64,000 nucleotides of DNA from an uncultured bacterium (GTDB lineage Bacteria > Oederibacteriota > JAAXVQ01 > JAUVAV01), in the NCBI GenBank assembly GCA_965371665.1, contig CBDUZI010000002.1, positions 4,013-68,012 of the forward strand. Reading direction: 5' to 3'. The notes under the pieces are model-generated. The model was not told the origin of the DNA. It saw nothing but the letters and a program-made list of their open reading frames with translations, and did not search any database. The position numbers and the translations under genes are program-made. Below are positions 20,929 to 30,608 of this stretch, piece by piece (within the stretch, counting starts at the first letter, position 1; every line of letters starts with the position of its first letter).

Positions 20929-21618
20929 TTACTTCCACCGCATTTCCAATAGCATCCCTAACGCCTTAATTCCATCCTTCCAGCAGGATTTCTTTCCTTG
21001 GGCACAAGTTCGTGGAGTATAGGCAATCGGTACTTCCAGAATCGGAATTCCCTTTTTAAGCAGCCGGGCGGTTATCTCCGCCGAAACCTCAAAACCTGCG
21101 GCCTGAAATTCCAGGTCCCGCAAACACGCCGTACGGAAAACCTTATATCCAGTATTAATGTCGGTTATCTTAGCACTATAAAGAACTGTGGTCAACCATG
21201 ATAGAAATCGTCCTCCCCAATACCTTTCCAGGCTGGGAAGGCCCGTGCTGCGTCCCGCGGCCGCCCCCAGTATCCGCGAACCATATACCACTTGAGCTTC
21301 CTCTTTTATTATGGACCGGAGCAATATCGGGTAATCGGTAGGATCATATTCCAGGTCGGCATCCTGGATTAAAATAATGTCTCCCCGGGCTTCCCGCAGT
21401 CCGGCTTGCAGAGCCGCGCCTTTACCCCGGGAAACCGGCAGGCTGATAACCGAGACTCCGGAAACAGAACCGGCCAGCTCGGCCGTGGCGTCATGCGAAC
21501 CGTCGTCAATCACAATAATCTCGCCGTCAAAATATTCAAATTCCATCTTGATACGGTGCAGGATTTCCGTAATTGTCTCCTGCTCATTGCGGGCCGGGAT
21601 TAAAACCGTGACTTTCAT
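20929..21618 (-). CDS. family 2 glycosyltransferase (polyprenyl-phosphate sugar synthase-like)
   Basis: 229 aa. VLIPARNE...IIVIDDGSHD (DxD) GT2 signature. Confidence 0.85.
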   Translation of the reverse strand: MKVTVLIPARNEQETITEILHRIKMEFEYFDGEIIVIDDGSHDATAELAGSVSGVSVISLPVSRGKGAALQAGLREARGDIILIQDADLEYDPTDYPILLRSIIKEEAQVVYGSRILGAAAGRSTGLPSLERYWGGRFLSWLTTVLYSAKITDINTGYKVFRTACLRDLEFQAAGFEVSAEITARLLKKGIPILEVPIAYTPRTCAQGKKSCWKDGIKALGMLLEMRWK

Positions 21619-21681
21619 TTAAAGAATAGACTCCTTATGCTTAAAATAAAAACATAGTTTTTTTATTTTGCTTCCCGACCG

Positions 21682-21950
21682 TCGCTATCTAGGAGCTTGA
21701 GCATTTAGTCGGTTTTTTAGGTTGTCATTCCCGAATGCTCTTATCCCTGGACTAAACCATCCAGGACCGGCGGGAATCCAGAAAAGCATTATTTTATAAG
21801 CATTGAAAAATCCCTGGATTCCGGCTTAAAGCATGCCGGAATGACAAAACGCACTAATTGCTCAAGCTCCTAGTTCCGGTTGCGGAAAGACAATTCTAGC
21901 GAACTGCCCGAATTTCGTCATTCCGCAACCCATACCATCTATCCTAAATC
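21682..21950. repeat. compound MITE: CTAGGAGCTTGAGCATTTAGTCGG-bounded element with a family-B core, plus a partial family-A copy
   Basis: ctaggagcttgagcatttagtcggtttttt at 21682-21712. Mirrored by cactaattgctcaagctcctag at 21852-21873. Confidence 0.7.
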
Positions 21951-22779
21951 ATATCGGCACATGCAGCAAACTAAAAAACCCTGTCATTTTCAAACCCATG
22001 TAAAACATGATAATTATAAATACCCACTTTAATTTTTTAGCCGGGAGCTTATGCGCGGCTTTCACTCCCAATTGCGCCATCGGTACGCTGGTCCCGGCCA
22101 ATATAATCCATTGTAAAAAATTTACATAACCTAAGGAATAGGCCGGCAAGCCGGAAACCCGTAACCCATTAACTATGTAAGATAAAATGGCTCCGAGGGA
22201 GGTAATTATCATTAAGGCGGAGGAGGTTCCCACAGCCTGATGGATTTTAAATCGCAGGGCATGAACCATGACCGGCACTATTAATACCCCGCCGCCTATC
22301 CCTAACATGCCGGATACCATTCCCAGAGGAAATCCCCAGAGCATAAAAATTGACACCTTATCTACTGGTTCTTTATCTGCTTTGAATGGTTTGGCCGCCA
22401 GCATTCTGAGCGCGCCGGCTAAAATTACCAGCCCGAATCCGACCTTCAGAAAATCGCCGGAAACATGGGTGGCGATAAATCCGCCGGTAAAGGCGCCGGC
22501 AAAACCGGTCAAACCCAGGATAATACCGGCTTTCCAATAAACAACATGTTTGCGGTGATGTCCTATAGCGCTGCTAATGGCAGTAGGCAAAACCACGGCC
22601 AGTCCGGTGCCAAAAGCAATTCTAATGGCCATAGTCGCATCAATGCCCAGCGAGGTTAATACCCAAAACTGGATCGGCACCATAATAAAGCACCCGCCTA
22701 CGCCTAAAAGACCGCCTGCAAATCCAACCCCCAGGCCGGTGATTAGCAGAATTATGATGTGGATAGTTTGCATTTCCAT
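21949..22779 (-). CDS. TauE/SafE (DUF81) family sulfite/anion exporter
   Basis: Multi-TM with the duplicated GxxGGxxG motif (GLGVGFAGGLLGVGGCF; GMLGIGGGVLIVP). The track ORF is extended to 22974, overlapping the upstream gene. The start is set at MEMQTIH. Confidence 0.8.
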   Translation of the reverse strand: MEMQTIHIIILLITGLGVGFAGGLLGVGGCFIMVPIQFWVLTSLGIDATMAIRIAFGTGLAVVLPTAISSAIGHHRKHVVYWKAGIILGLTGFAGAFTGGFIATHVSGDFLKVGFGLVILAGALRMLAAKPFKADKEPVDKVSIFMLWGFPLGMVSGMLGIGGGVLIVPVMVHALRFKIHQAVGTSSALMIITSLGAILSYIVNGLRVSGLPAYSLGYVNFLQWIILAGTSVPMAQLGVKAAHKLPAKKLKWVFIIIMFYMGLKMTGFFSLLHVPI

Positions 22780-22807
22780 ATTAGCGGCCTTTTTGAAATT
22801 GGCACGT

Positions 22808-25303
22808 TTAATGTTTCTTTTCAAGCAGATCCAGATTATCGCGCGCGGCTTGCAAATCCGGTGACTGCTCCAGGGCCAGGGTGAAGCATCTCCGGGCGTC
22901 GGCATAACGCGCGTGCTGCAGATACTGCACACCGAGATTATTATAGGCCGCCGGAGTAAGCCAGCCCAGTTCATCCGCCTGGCTATACATTTTGAACGCT
23001 TCTTCCGGGCGATTCATTTTGAGGTATAACCATCCCAGGTTTTCATAAGTATCTTTCCATTCCGGCGCTAATTCTATCATGCGCATCCATCCTGCCAGCG
23101 CGTCGTTTATCCGGCCCTGCCGGATAGCTATGCCGGCCTTTCTATAATGGCCAATCACTTTATCCACCACGTCAGGATCATAGGTAAAAAGCGGACGGCC
23201 GCGTTTAACCGGCCGGTCCATCCGGGGTTCTGAAACCACTGCATATAGCACCTGCTGTCCGTAGATCACGACCCGTTTAAGATAACGGCATGAAAGCTCG
23301 CGCCAGCGCTCCAGGGCGGCCTGATTCCAGCGAAAAGTTTCATAACCGCGGGTCCGCACCGCCTCCCCGGAGTGAATAAAAATATGGGTGTATCCCTGTT
23401 TATTCAGGCTCTGCCAGACCTCTTGGGCGCTGGAGGAGCCGGCTAATAGTTCTATAAGGGGATTATGATCAAAAACCGTAGACGCCGTAACCGGACGCTG
23501 GAAATAAAAAGAACGGGTTTCCCCCCAGGCCAGAATCCGCGCGTTCTGCGGTAAGCGGTTTATAGCCCGGGCCATAGGCGCATAGCTGTTCATTAGCTTC
23601 CGGTCAAGATAGGCGGCACGGCTTTCCAGCCCAAGTGCCGAACCGATCGGATCCCAGTTGGAAATACCTATAAACATGGTATTAGCCCATCCCCATCCCA
23701 GGAAAACCAGTATTGCCCAGCGGGAAATGATGGCCGGAACTTTATGCCATTGTTCCCAGCGGTCCAAAGCATATGTGCCGAGAATTGCCAGCAGGGGAAG
23801 GCTGGGAATATAAAAACGCGAAATCTGGGTTCGGTTGGCCCAGATCAAGGCCGAAAAAATCACGGTCAGGAGAACAGCCCCCAGCGCGGGAGGCCCTCGC
23901 CGCCAGTATCCAACCAGGAGTAAAATGCCGGGGAAAAGCATTAAAAAAACCGGGCCCACGTAAGAATAACTGGTGGGCATTCTAAAAGTCATATCCCACG
24001 GCAACCGGAAAAATTGCACCATTGTACGATGTCCATATTCGCGGATCTGTCCCATGGCCTGTTGCATTTTTTCCGGAACTACGTATTTGCTGGGAATATA
24101 ATTATATAGAAATGGATATATGGGATTATTGGTAAAAATAATATTTTTAATCACCCACGGCATCATCAGGATCGCGGCTCCCAGGCTGATCCGGACCAGG
24201 GCGCTGGTCAGGCTTTTCCACCCCTGCCGGCGCATCATGAACAAAACCACCAGCACCCCCGGCATTAGCATAAACGCCGTAGTATATTTCCCGGCCAGGG
24301 CGGCGCCGGTCAGCAACCCGGCCATTATCTGCTGGTTTTTACCCCCTTCCTGTTTTAAAGCATTGGCCAATATCGCGTGAAAAGCCAGGACTGCGAAAAA
24401 GGCTGAACCAACATCTACGCCGGCTTCCTGCATATTTATTATCACAATCGGGGTAGTCCAGAAAAGACCGGCCGCCCACAGACCGGTCCGGCGTCCGAAC
24501 CAGCGGCGGCCCAGGGAAAAAGTGGTTAATCCCGCCAATATGCCCAGCAAAGCATGCAGCATCCGGCAGAGCCGCTCATCACTCAGCATCAAAGCCCCGG
24601 TGTACAGCATATGGATTCCCATGGGCAGATTGGAATAAAAATTAGTCGGAATAGGATGGATACGGCCGGCCTGGATCCACTGCGACGGAACGGCCAAATG
24701 ATAAACCAGGGAGTCGAAAAATATTTCCGGCGTAATTATTGTCATGCCCACCAGCAGGAAGAATCCCACCACCAGGATTAATAATATTTTGTCGGACCAG
24801 GCCCCGGTTCCCAGCAGCCAGCCGGAACCGGGACGAAGCCGCGCCCGGCGCTTCCAGGTTATCCAGGTTCCGGCTCCGGTTAAAAAAGTAAATACTACGG
24901 CAAAAAGCGTGGGATTATATAATCCGGCAACGCCGAATAAAAAAACCAGGAGCGAGATAAGGGCTAACCCCAGTCCCAGGGAGTATAGCATCTCGTCCAG
25001 TCGCGTCCGCGCAGCGGGAAATATTTTTTCCAGCAGGATTCTTCCCCAGCCGTGCGCCGACAGCATGAAGGCGATAAGCAAAAGCAGGTTTTTTAAGGTT
25101 GAAAGCCAGTGCGGGAAAAAGACCTGCGGTTCAAAAGGGGCAAACCGATCCAGCTTGAACAGGAGCAGAAAAATTTCCGGAGACCATTTAAAGTGAATCA
25201 GGGTTTGCCAGGACAACAGGCTGAGCCAACCGGCCAAAATTATTACTGCCAGGCCGGCCTGCCAGGTTTTGGTTAATCCTGAGCCCGGAAGGTTGCGCGC
25301 CAC
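22808..25303 (-). CDS. large polytopic membrane protein with C-terminal TPR repeats (GT-C/ArnT-PMT-like putative glycosyltransferase)
   Basis: 831 aa. Roughly 12 predicted TM helices, then TPR-like NNLGVQYLQHARYADARRCFTLALEQSPDLQAARDNL. Adjacent to the GT2 gene. Confidence 0.6.
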   Translation of the reverse strand: MARNLPGSGLTKTWQAGLAVIILAGWLSLLSWQTLIHFKWSPEIFLLLFKLDRFAPFEPQVFFPHWLSTLKNLLLLIAFMLSAHGWGRILLEKIFPAARTRLDEMLYSLGLGLALISLLVFLFGVAGLYNPTLFAVVFTFLTGAGTWITWKRRARLRPGSGWLLGTGAWSDKILLILVVGFFLLVGMTIITPEIFFDSLVYHLAVPSQWIQAGRIHPIPTNFYSNLPMGIHMLYTGALMLSDERLCRMLHALLGILAGLTTFSLGRRWFGRRTGLWAAGLFWTTPIVIINMQEAGVDVGSAFFAVLAFHAILANALKQEGGKNQQIMAGLLTGAALAGKYTTAFMLMPGVLVVLFMMRRQGWKSLTSALVRISLGAAILMMPWVIKNIIFTNNPIYPFLYNYIPSKYVVPEKMQQAMGQIREYGHRTMVQFFRLPWDMTFRMPTSYSYVGPVFLMLFPGILLLVGYWRRGPPALGAVLLTVIFSALIWANRTQISRFYIPSLPLLAILGTYALDRWEQWHKVPAIISRWAILVFLGWGWANTMFIGISNWDPIGSALGLESRAAYLDRKLMNSYAPMARAINRLPQNARILAWGETRSFYFQRPVTASTVFDHNPLIELLAGSSSAQEVWQSLNKQGYTHIFIHSGEAVRTRGYETFRWNQAALERWRELSCRYLKRVVIYGQQVLYAVVSEPRMDRPVKRGRPLFTYDPDVVDKVIGHYRKAGIAIRQGRINDALAGWMRMIELAPEWKDTYENLGWLYLKMNRPEEAFKMYSQADELGWLTPAAYNNLGVQYLQHARYADARRCFTLALEQSPDLQAARDNLDLLEKKH

Positions 25304-25319
25304 CGGATCCTGCCTCGGC

Positions 25320-26024
25320 TTAAACGCTCAGCGCGGAACGGGCCGCAGACAGCAAGGAGAGAAATAATTCACACCCATCCGTAGATCCCATTCCCTGCTC
25401 CATGCAGCGTTCCGGATGAGGCATCATGCCCAGGACATTACCGCGGGCATTGCAAATTCCGGCAATGTTTTCCAGCGAACCATTGGGATTGGAATCCGGA
25501 GAAGTCTGACCCTGGGCAGTGCTATACCGGAAAACTATACGCTGCTCAGCTTTCAGCTGCGTCAGGGTCTGACGATCACAATAATAATTTCCCTCGCCAT
25601 GCGCGATGGGGATCCGTAATATTCGTCCCAGGGGTATGCGGCGTGTAAAAGGCGTGAGGTTGGAGTCCACCCGGAGATGGACATACTTGCAAATAAAAGT
25701 CAGGCCGCGATTCCGCCGCATGACGCCGGGGAGCAACCCAGCTTCCAGCAAAATCTGGAACCCGTTGCAAATGCCGATCACTGCTCCTCCGCGCTCCGCC
25801 TGCCGGCGCACCATGTCCATAACCGGAGAGAACCGGGCTATGGCCCCGGTCCGCAGATAATCACCGTAGGAAAATCCTCCGGGAAGAATCAAGCAGTCTA
25901 CCTTGGGAAACCTATCGGCAGCATACCAAATAAACTGAACCGGCTGCCGAAGAACTTTTTGGATAACGTGAAAGCAGTCATGGTCGCAATTGCTGCCTGG
26001 AAAAACTACCACCCCAAATTTCAT
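25320..26024 (-). CDS. purQ: phosphoribosylformylglycinamidine synthase I (glutaminase subunit)
   Basis: [19 protein letters not shown] and the GATase triad. Confidence 0.95.
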   Translation of the reverse strand: MKFGVVVFPGSNCDHDCFHVIQKVLRQPVQFIWYAADRFPKVDCLILPGGFSYGDYLRTGAIARFSPVMDMVRRQAERGGAVIGICNGFQILLEAGLLPGVMRRNRGLTFICKYVHLRVDSNLTPFTRRIPLGRILRIPIAHGEGNYYCDRQTLTQLKAEQRIVFRYSTAQGQTSPDSNPNGSLENIAGICNARGNVLGMMPHPERCMEQGMGSTDGCELFLSLLSAARSALSV

Positions 26025-26053
26025 CCGGTCTCCTTCTCTTCCATATCTTGGTA

Positions 26054-26353
26054 TTATGCGCGACCGGATACTCGCCGGCTGCCCGGCTCCAGAGGAGCCT
26101 TGAAATGATAACGTTCAATCACCGGATTAGCCAGCAGCTTATCGCACATTTGTTTGACTTGTTTTTCCAATTGCGGACGTGTCAGCGATCCCTGAAAAGT
26201 CAACTGGAAGTACTTGCCTAAACGGACATCATTTAAGCTCTCATATCCCATGGAATTTAAGGCCTGCTGTACAGTGGACCCCTGCGGATCCAGCACGCTG
26301 GGTTTCAAAGTAATAAAAACTTCAACCATCCAATCCGGTTTTTTATCAGACAT
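26054..26353 (-). CDS. purS: phosphoribosylformylglycinamidine synthase subunit PurS
   Basis: [28 protein letters not shown]. Strong AAGGGAGG RBS before the ATG at 26353. Confidence 0.9.
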   Translation of the reverse strand: MSDKKPDWMVEVFITLKPSVLDPQGSTVQQALNSMGYESLNDVRLGKYFQLTFQGSLTRPQLEKQVKQMCDKLLANPVIERYHFKAPLEPGSRRVSGRA

Positions 26354-26404
26354 GAAATTCCTCCCTTAATCGGCCCAAGACATGGTTAGTTTTTGTTTTG
26401 CTGG

Positions 26405-26566
26405 AAGTCTGTCGAACTTTAGTCATCCCCCCCCTTTTGTAAAGGGGGCAGGGGGGATTTAATCAATAAAACGCCCGCTTTCATATACAAATCCCCCTCA
26501 ATCCCCCTTTTCCAAAGGGGGAAGCAGGCAAAACCGACTAAATGCTCAAGCTCCTAGACTAATCCC
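26405..26566. repeat. MITE family C copy
   Basis: Near-identical to 6310-6462. Right end accgactaaatgctcaagctcctag. Confidence 0.8.
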
Positions 26567-27850
26567 CAACCTGCGGTAAATCCCGTCAATATGCCGGGTA
26601 TGATATTTAAGGTCAAAACACTCCTTAATATCTTCCGCGGAAAATAAAACCTTCAGCTTAGCATCCTCACTTACCAGCTTTTTGAAATCCGTACGCTGCT
26701 CCCAGGCCCGCATGGCCAATTCCTGGACCTTCCGATAAGCCTGATCGCGGGACATCCCCTTTTTTACCAGAGTTAGCAAGACCTGCTGGGAATGGACTAA
26801 CCCGTAGGTCATATCCAGGTTACGTTTCATTTTTTCCGGGTAAACTACCAGGTTTTGGATCACTTGAACCGTCAGACTCAGCTGATACTCCACCGTGGCC
26901 GTAGCGTCCGGTAGAATTATACGCTCTACCGAGGAATGGGAAATATCTCTTTCATGCCACAAGGCCATGTTTTCCAGGGCCGCAGCAGCATAGCCCCGTA
27001 CCAGGCGCGCCAGGCCGCTAATTCTTTCGCAAAGTATCGGATTGCGTTTGTGAGGCATGGCCGATGAACCCTTTTGCCCCTTGGCAAAAAACTCTTCCAC
27101 TTCACGGACCTCGGTCCGGTGGAGGTGGCGGATCTCAACCGAGATATTTTCCAGAGTGCCCGCTATCTGGGCTAAGGCGCAAAGAAATTCCGCATGACGA
27201 TCCCGGCTGACGATTTGCGTAGCCGGCACTTCCGGAATCAGCTTTAACCCCCGGCAAACCCGGGTCTCTATACGGGGGTCCTGATTGGCATAGGTCCCGA
27301 CGGCGCCCGAAAGCTTGCCGACTTCCACGACGCTCCGCGCCCGGCTAAAGCGTTCCTGCTGACGGCGGAGTTCCATCAGGAAAACCGCCATTTTCAATCC
27401 CAGGGTAATAGGTTCAGCATGCACGCCGTGAGATCGTCCTGCCATAATGGTCTGGCGATGCCGTTTTGTCTGCCGCAGCAGGGCCTGATCAAGTTTTTTA
27501 AGCTGGGCTTGAATCAGATCCGAGGCTTCCCGCAAGCGCAGGGATTGGGCCGTGTCTACTACATCGGTAGAAGTCAAACCGAAATGAAGATAACGTCCCT
27601 CCGGGCCGATGGATTCAGCCGTAGAAGAAACAAAGGCAATTATATCATGATTGGTTTCCCGCTCTATTTCAGCGGCCCGGCCGGGATTCACGCGGACCCG
27701 GCTCTTGATTTTCTGATAAGCTGATTTAGGTATAATCCCCAGGGCGGCTTGCGCTTCGGCTACCGCCACTTCGACTCGCAGCCAGGTTTCCAGCTTATGC
27801 TTTTCCGACCAGATATATTGCATGGGCTTAGATGTATAGCGTTCAATCAT
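26546..27850 (-). CDS. purB: adenylosuccinate lyase
   Basis: 434 aa. MIERYTSKPMQYIWSEKHKLETWLRVEVAV is the PurB N-terminus. Fumarate lyase signature SSAMPHKRNP. Confidence 0.95.
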   Translation of the reverse strand: MIERYTSKPMQYIWSEKHKLETWLRVEVAVAEAQAALGIIPKSAYQKIKSRVRVNPGRAAEIERETNHDIIAFVSSTAESIGPEGRYLHFGLTSTDVVDTAQSLRLREASDLIQAQLKKLDQALLRQTKRHRQTIMAGRSHGVHAEPITLGLKMAVFLMELRRQQERFSRARSVVEVGKLSGAVGTYANQDPRIETRVCRGLKLIPEVPATQIVSRDRHAEFLCALAQIAGTLENISVEIRHLHRTEVREVEEFFAKGQKGSSAMPHKRNPILCERISGLARLVRGYAAAALENMALWHERDISHSSVERIILPDATATVEYQLSLTVQVIQNLVVYPEKMKRNLDMTYGLVHSQQVLLTLVKKGMSRDQAYRKVQELAMRAWEQRTDFKKLVSEDAKLKVLFSAEDIKECFDLKYHTRHIDGIYRRLGISLGA

Positions 27851-27879
27851 TATTCTATCAACTTCCTCTCAAATGAGCT

Positions 27880-28016
27880 GTCATTCCGGCGAAAGCCGGA
27901 ATCCAGGAAATCATTGTAATATAAGCAGTATGCGTCCTGGATCCCGGCCTGTCCTGGATGGTTTTGTCCAGGGATCAAGTCCGGGATGACAACCTTAAAA
28001 AGCTATTATGACACAG
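27880..28016. repeat. MITE family B copy
   Basis: gtcattccggcgaaagccggaatccagg ... ccgggatgac + AACCTTAAAAAGCTATTATGACACAG tail. Near-identical to 39800-39910. Confidence 0.85.
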
Positions 28017-28071
28017 ACTATTCCCAAAGAGAATTACCAGTCATTAATCTTTCCCTCTCAAAGCCGCCCTA

Positions 28072-29109
28072 CTATAACGAAAAACCCCCGCCCGGGTCAA
28101 GGTCTTTTCCTAGCTTCTTCCACCCCGGAGAGAGCCAAATTTTTCGCTCCCGATCCACGATGAGGCATTCACTACCGGGAATGGATAATACCAGGCTAAG
28201 GGCTTCTTCCGGCGGGAAATGCATAAGGACCGAGGCGGGTAAATCAATCTTGGTATCTTCCGGGAGCAATATGACAGCCGACATGCTGTAATTTTGCGGA
28301 CCGCCGGTCCGGGAATCCAAAATCGGATGGTACCGCCGGCCTTGCTTGATAAAATACCGCTGATAATCGCCGGCCTGCAAAATCTTCCCCTTCATCCAGG
28401 GAATCTTCCCCAGAAAACCTTTAGAATCGCGAGGATTCTGTATAGAAACCTGCCAGTACCCGCCTTCCGGCTTAAAACCGATTACCGCAACATTCCCTCC
28501 AATATCAACCCGGGCGGCTTGGATCTGGAATGTTTTTAAAAGCGCCCGCACCCGGTTTAAAGCATGGCTTATAAGCAGGTCATCCAGGTCGATTTGGACT
28601 CCTGACCGCTTAAACACTACTTTTTTCGCCTTTTGGTCAAGTGCTATGTATTTATAATTAACCACGGATTTGATCTGATCCAGGCGCAGGAAATTGGGAA
28701 CCCGGTAATCGCCTTGTCCGAAACCATATTGCCATTTAAAAGCGGCAATAGTAATATCATAAGCACCACGGGTTTTTTCCGATATCCTTTCTGACCATTG
28801 CAGTACCTCTATTGCCTCTTCGCTTACGGCTATTGGTTTTATAGCCGCGAACTGGTTGAGCTGATTTATTACGCTTCCCTGCCGGTAGGCGGAAAAAACA
28901 TTCTCGATCCGGTCTATTTCCGCAACTCCCGCCTGGATGGCCTTGGCACAGATCGTAACGTTCCGGGCCCAAACGGTCAGGCTTACGGTTGCTTCAAGTT
29001 TTTTCACTGTATGGGTAAGTTTTACCGGCTCAGCCGCTGGCGTCACAGCGCCCTGGGCAAATACCGGGCACCAAGCCCCTAATAATAAAATCAGTATGAG
29101 TCTTTTCAT
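28072..29109 (-). CDS. apbE: FAD:protein FMN transferase (ApbE family lipoprotein)
   Basis: Signal peptide MKRLILILLLGAWCPVFA. ApbE motifs GAYDITIAA, RVDIGGNVAVIG, HPILDSRTG. Confidence 0.85.
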   Translation of the reverse strand: MKRLILILLLGAWCPVFAQGAVTPAAEPVKLTHTVKKLEATVSLTVWARNVTICAKAIQAGVAEIDRIENVFSAYRQGSVINQLNQFAAIKPIAVSEEAIEVLQWSERISEKTRGAYDITIAAFKWQYGFGQGDYRVPNFLRLDQIKSVVNYKYIALDQKAKKVVFKRSGVQIDLDDLLISHALNRVRALLKTFQIQAARVDIGGNVAVIGFKPEGGYWQVSIQNPRDSKGFLGKIPWMKGKILQAGDYQRYFIKQGRRYHPILDSRTGGPQNYSMSAVILLPEDTKIDLPASVLMHFPPEEALSLVLSIPGSECLIVDRERKIWLSPGWKKLGKDLDPGGGFSL

Positions 29110-29152
29110 GCTTTATAAAATCTCCCTGTTGTGAATCTCAGATTAACTGGTT

Positions 29153-29296
29153 TCTGTTGCGGAAATGCGGTTTTAGTCTTTTGTCATTCCGAGGGAGCGC
29201 AGCGACCAAGGAATCTCCTTGAGAACTAGGGGTGTTAGTGATTCCTCGCTAACGCTTGGAATGACAAAGTGTGGTCTTTCCGCAACAGATACTATA
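29153..29296. repeat. MITE family A copy with intact terminal inverted repeats
   Basis: TCTGTTGCGGAAA ... gtcattccgagggagcgcagcgaccaaggaatctcc ... ggaatgac ... TTTCCGCAACAGATA. Confidence 0.85.
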
Positions 29297-29301
29297 TAAC
29301 A

Positions 29302-29332
29302 TAAAAAACCGTGGATAACATCCACAAATTTA
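29302..29332 (-). terminator. putative rho-independent terminator downstream of mcrC
   Basis: Minus-strand reading TTGTGGATGTTATCCACGGTTTTTT: a 6-bp stem followed by a T-tract. Confidence 0.35.
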
Positions 29333-29409
29333 AACTCTTTGACAGACGGGCAGTGGTATCGTTGCAGTTTTCATTAATTAGAGAATTTTAGTCAATTTAT
29401 TGTGGGAAC

Positions 29410-30606
29410 CTACAGAGGTACTCCATCGGTCCTGGGGGAAGGTACTGTGAAAATCTCAGCCAAGCAACTGCCCGCACTGGATTCATCGGAAAGCCTCACG
29501 ACTTTAATTAATTGCCTCCGAATCTCACTGGCTGTAGCCCCGAGATCAACGGTCGCAAACCGTATTTCATGCCCTTGAATCACCACAGACTCATCCATCA
29601 TCGCGTGTATCGATGGGTGCAAAAGAAGTCCCGCTGCATGAGCCGCAAGCGGATCGCCTTTACCTTCCTGAGATCGCAAGTAGGCATATATTTGATAAAC
29701 ATACCCGCTGCGTAATGATTCTTCTCTGTACCATCCCCGCGTAACGATCGAAGTAAACTTAGTGTCAATGACAATTCGCCGACCAGTACGCTGATGGTCA
29801 AGAACAACATCGGTACGCATTGACGGCAAAATTTTATCGATCCCAGATGTCTTATGTTCTATCAGCCAGCCGATCGCCTTCCCTGCATCGATACACCATC
29901 CAAAGTCCGATAGAACAACATCGTAAAAACCAGCAACAGCTTTTTCGTAAAGGCGTCTAACCCATGTAATTTCTCTGTCTGGCAGAGCAAGAAGTTTGGT
30001 GCCGGTTGTTTCTGTTGGAAGTGCCAAGTCAAAAGCAAGCTGCGCCGCTGCCACCATTTGTTGGTCATCGGCATCATGACGCCCAAAACGGTCAGCAGAC
30101 ACTTCAGCGCGGATGGGTTTTTCTCCTGTGACGCCCATCTGCTTTAAGCTACCGGCAAGAGCTCGGCATCGGTGTGCAAGGTCTAAACGTCCAACTATTT
30201 TGGCGATAACATCAAGCGCTGCTCGAACGAAGCGATTGCGTGATGTATTAACTGTGAGATCTTCAAATTGGCAAGCGACCATCCCTCGCGCAAGAAGCTG
30301 ATGACGCTCTGTTTTTAGAAAATCTATACGGCCACGGACCCGGCTAAGCACATTCCTTTTAGATTGGTATCCGAAACTCAAGTTGCGCTTCAGACGACGT
30401 TCGACTAATTGCACAAGAATCTCTGCTACTAAATCTGGAATGTCGTCGGGATTTTCCTCTACAGCGATTTTTTTTCGCCCAAGTTGTCGAAAGAGATCCG
30501 AAGCATAGAGCATCAAAAGCCATAGGTTGCGAACAGGTATCCGGCCGACATGACCACTCTCTAGAGGTGTTTCCAAGCTTATCGCGGATGCCTCTATAGT
30601 AGTCAC
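29410..30606 (-). CDS. mcrC: McrC-like PD-(D/E)xK endonuclease subunit of a McrBC-type (Type IV) restriction system
   Basis: 398 aa. Follows mcrB with a 2-nt gap. Nuclease core ...VVLD...RIVIDTKFTSI...YVYQIYAYL (D..(D/E)xK). Lower local GC. Confidence 0.8.
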   Translation of the reverse strand: MTTIEASAISLETPLESGHVGRIPVRNLWLLMLYASDLFRQLGRKKIAVEENPDDIPDLVAEILVQLVERRLKRNLSFGYQSKRNVLSRVRGRIDFLKTERHQLLARGMVACQFEDLTVNTSRNRFVRAALDVIAKIVGRLDLAHRCRALAGSLKQMGVTGEKPIRAEVSADRFGRHDADDQQMVAAAQLAFDLALPTETTGTKLLALPDREITWVRRLYEKAVAGFYDVVLSDFGWCIDAGKAIGWLIEHKTSGIDKILPSMRTDVVLDHQRTGRRIVIDTKFTSIVTRGWYREESLRSGYVYQIYAYLRSQEGKGDPLAAHAAGLLLHPSIHAMMDESVVIQGHEIRFATVDLGATASEIRRQLIKVVRLSDESSAGSCLAEIFTVPSPRTDGVPL

Positions 30607-30608
30607 TA

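Noticed and set aside
22780-22974. N-terminal extensions of track ORFs (TauE 21949..22974, and likewise purF to 18506, murC to 47455, amidase to 41669, carA to 7645, ftsL to 58102)
   Set aside because: Extensions overlap upstream genes or repeats and precede the conserved family N-termini. Internal starts adopted.
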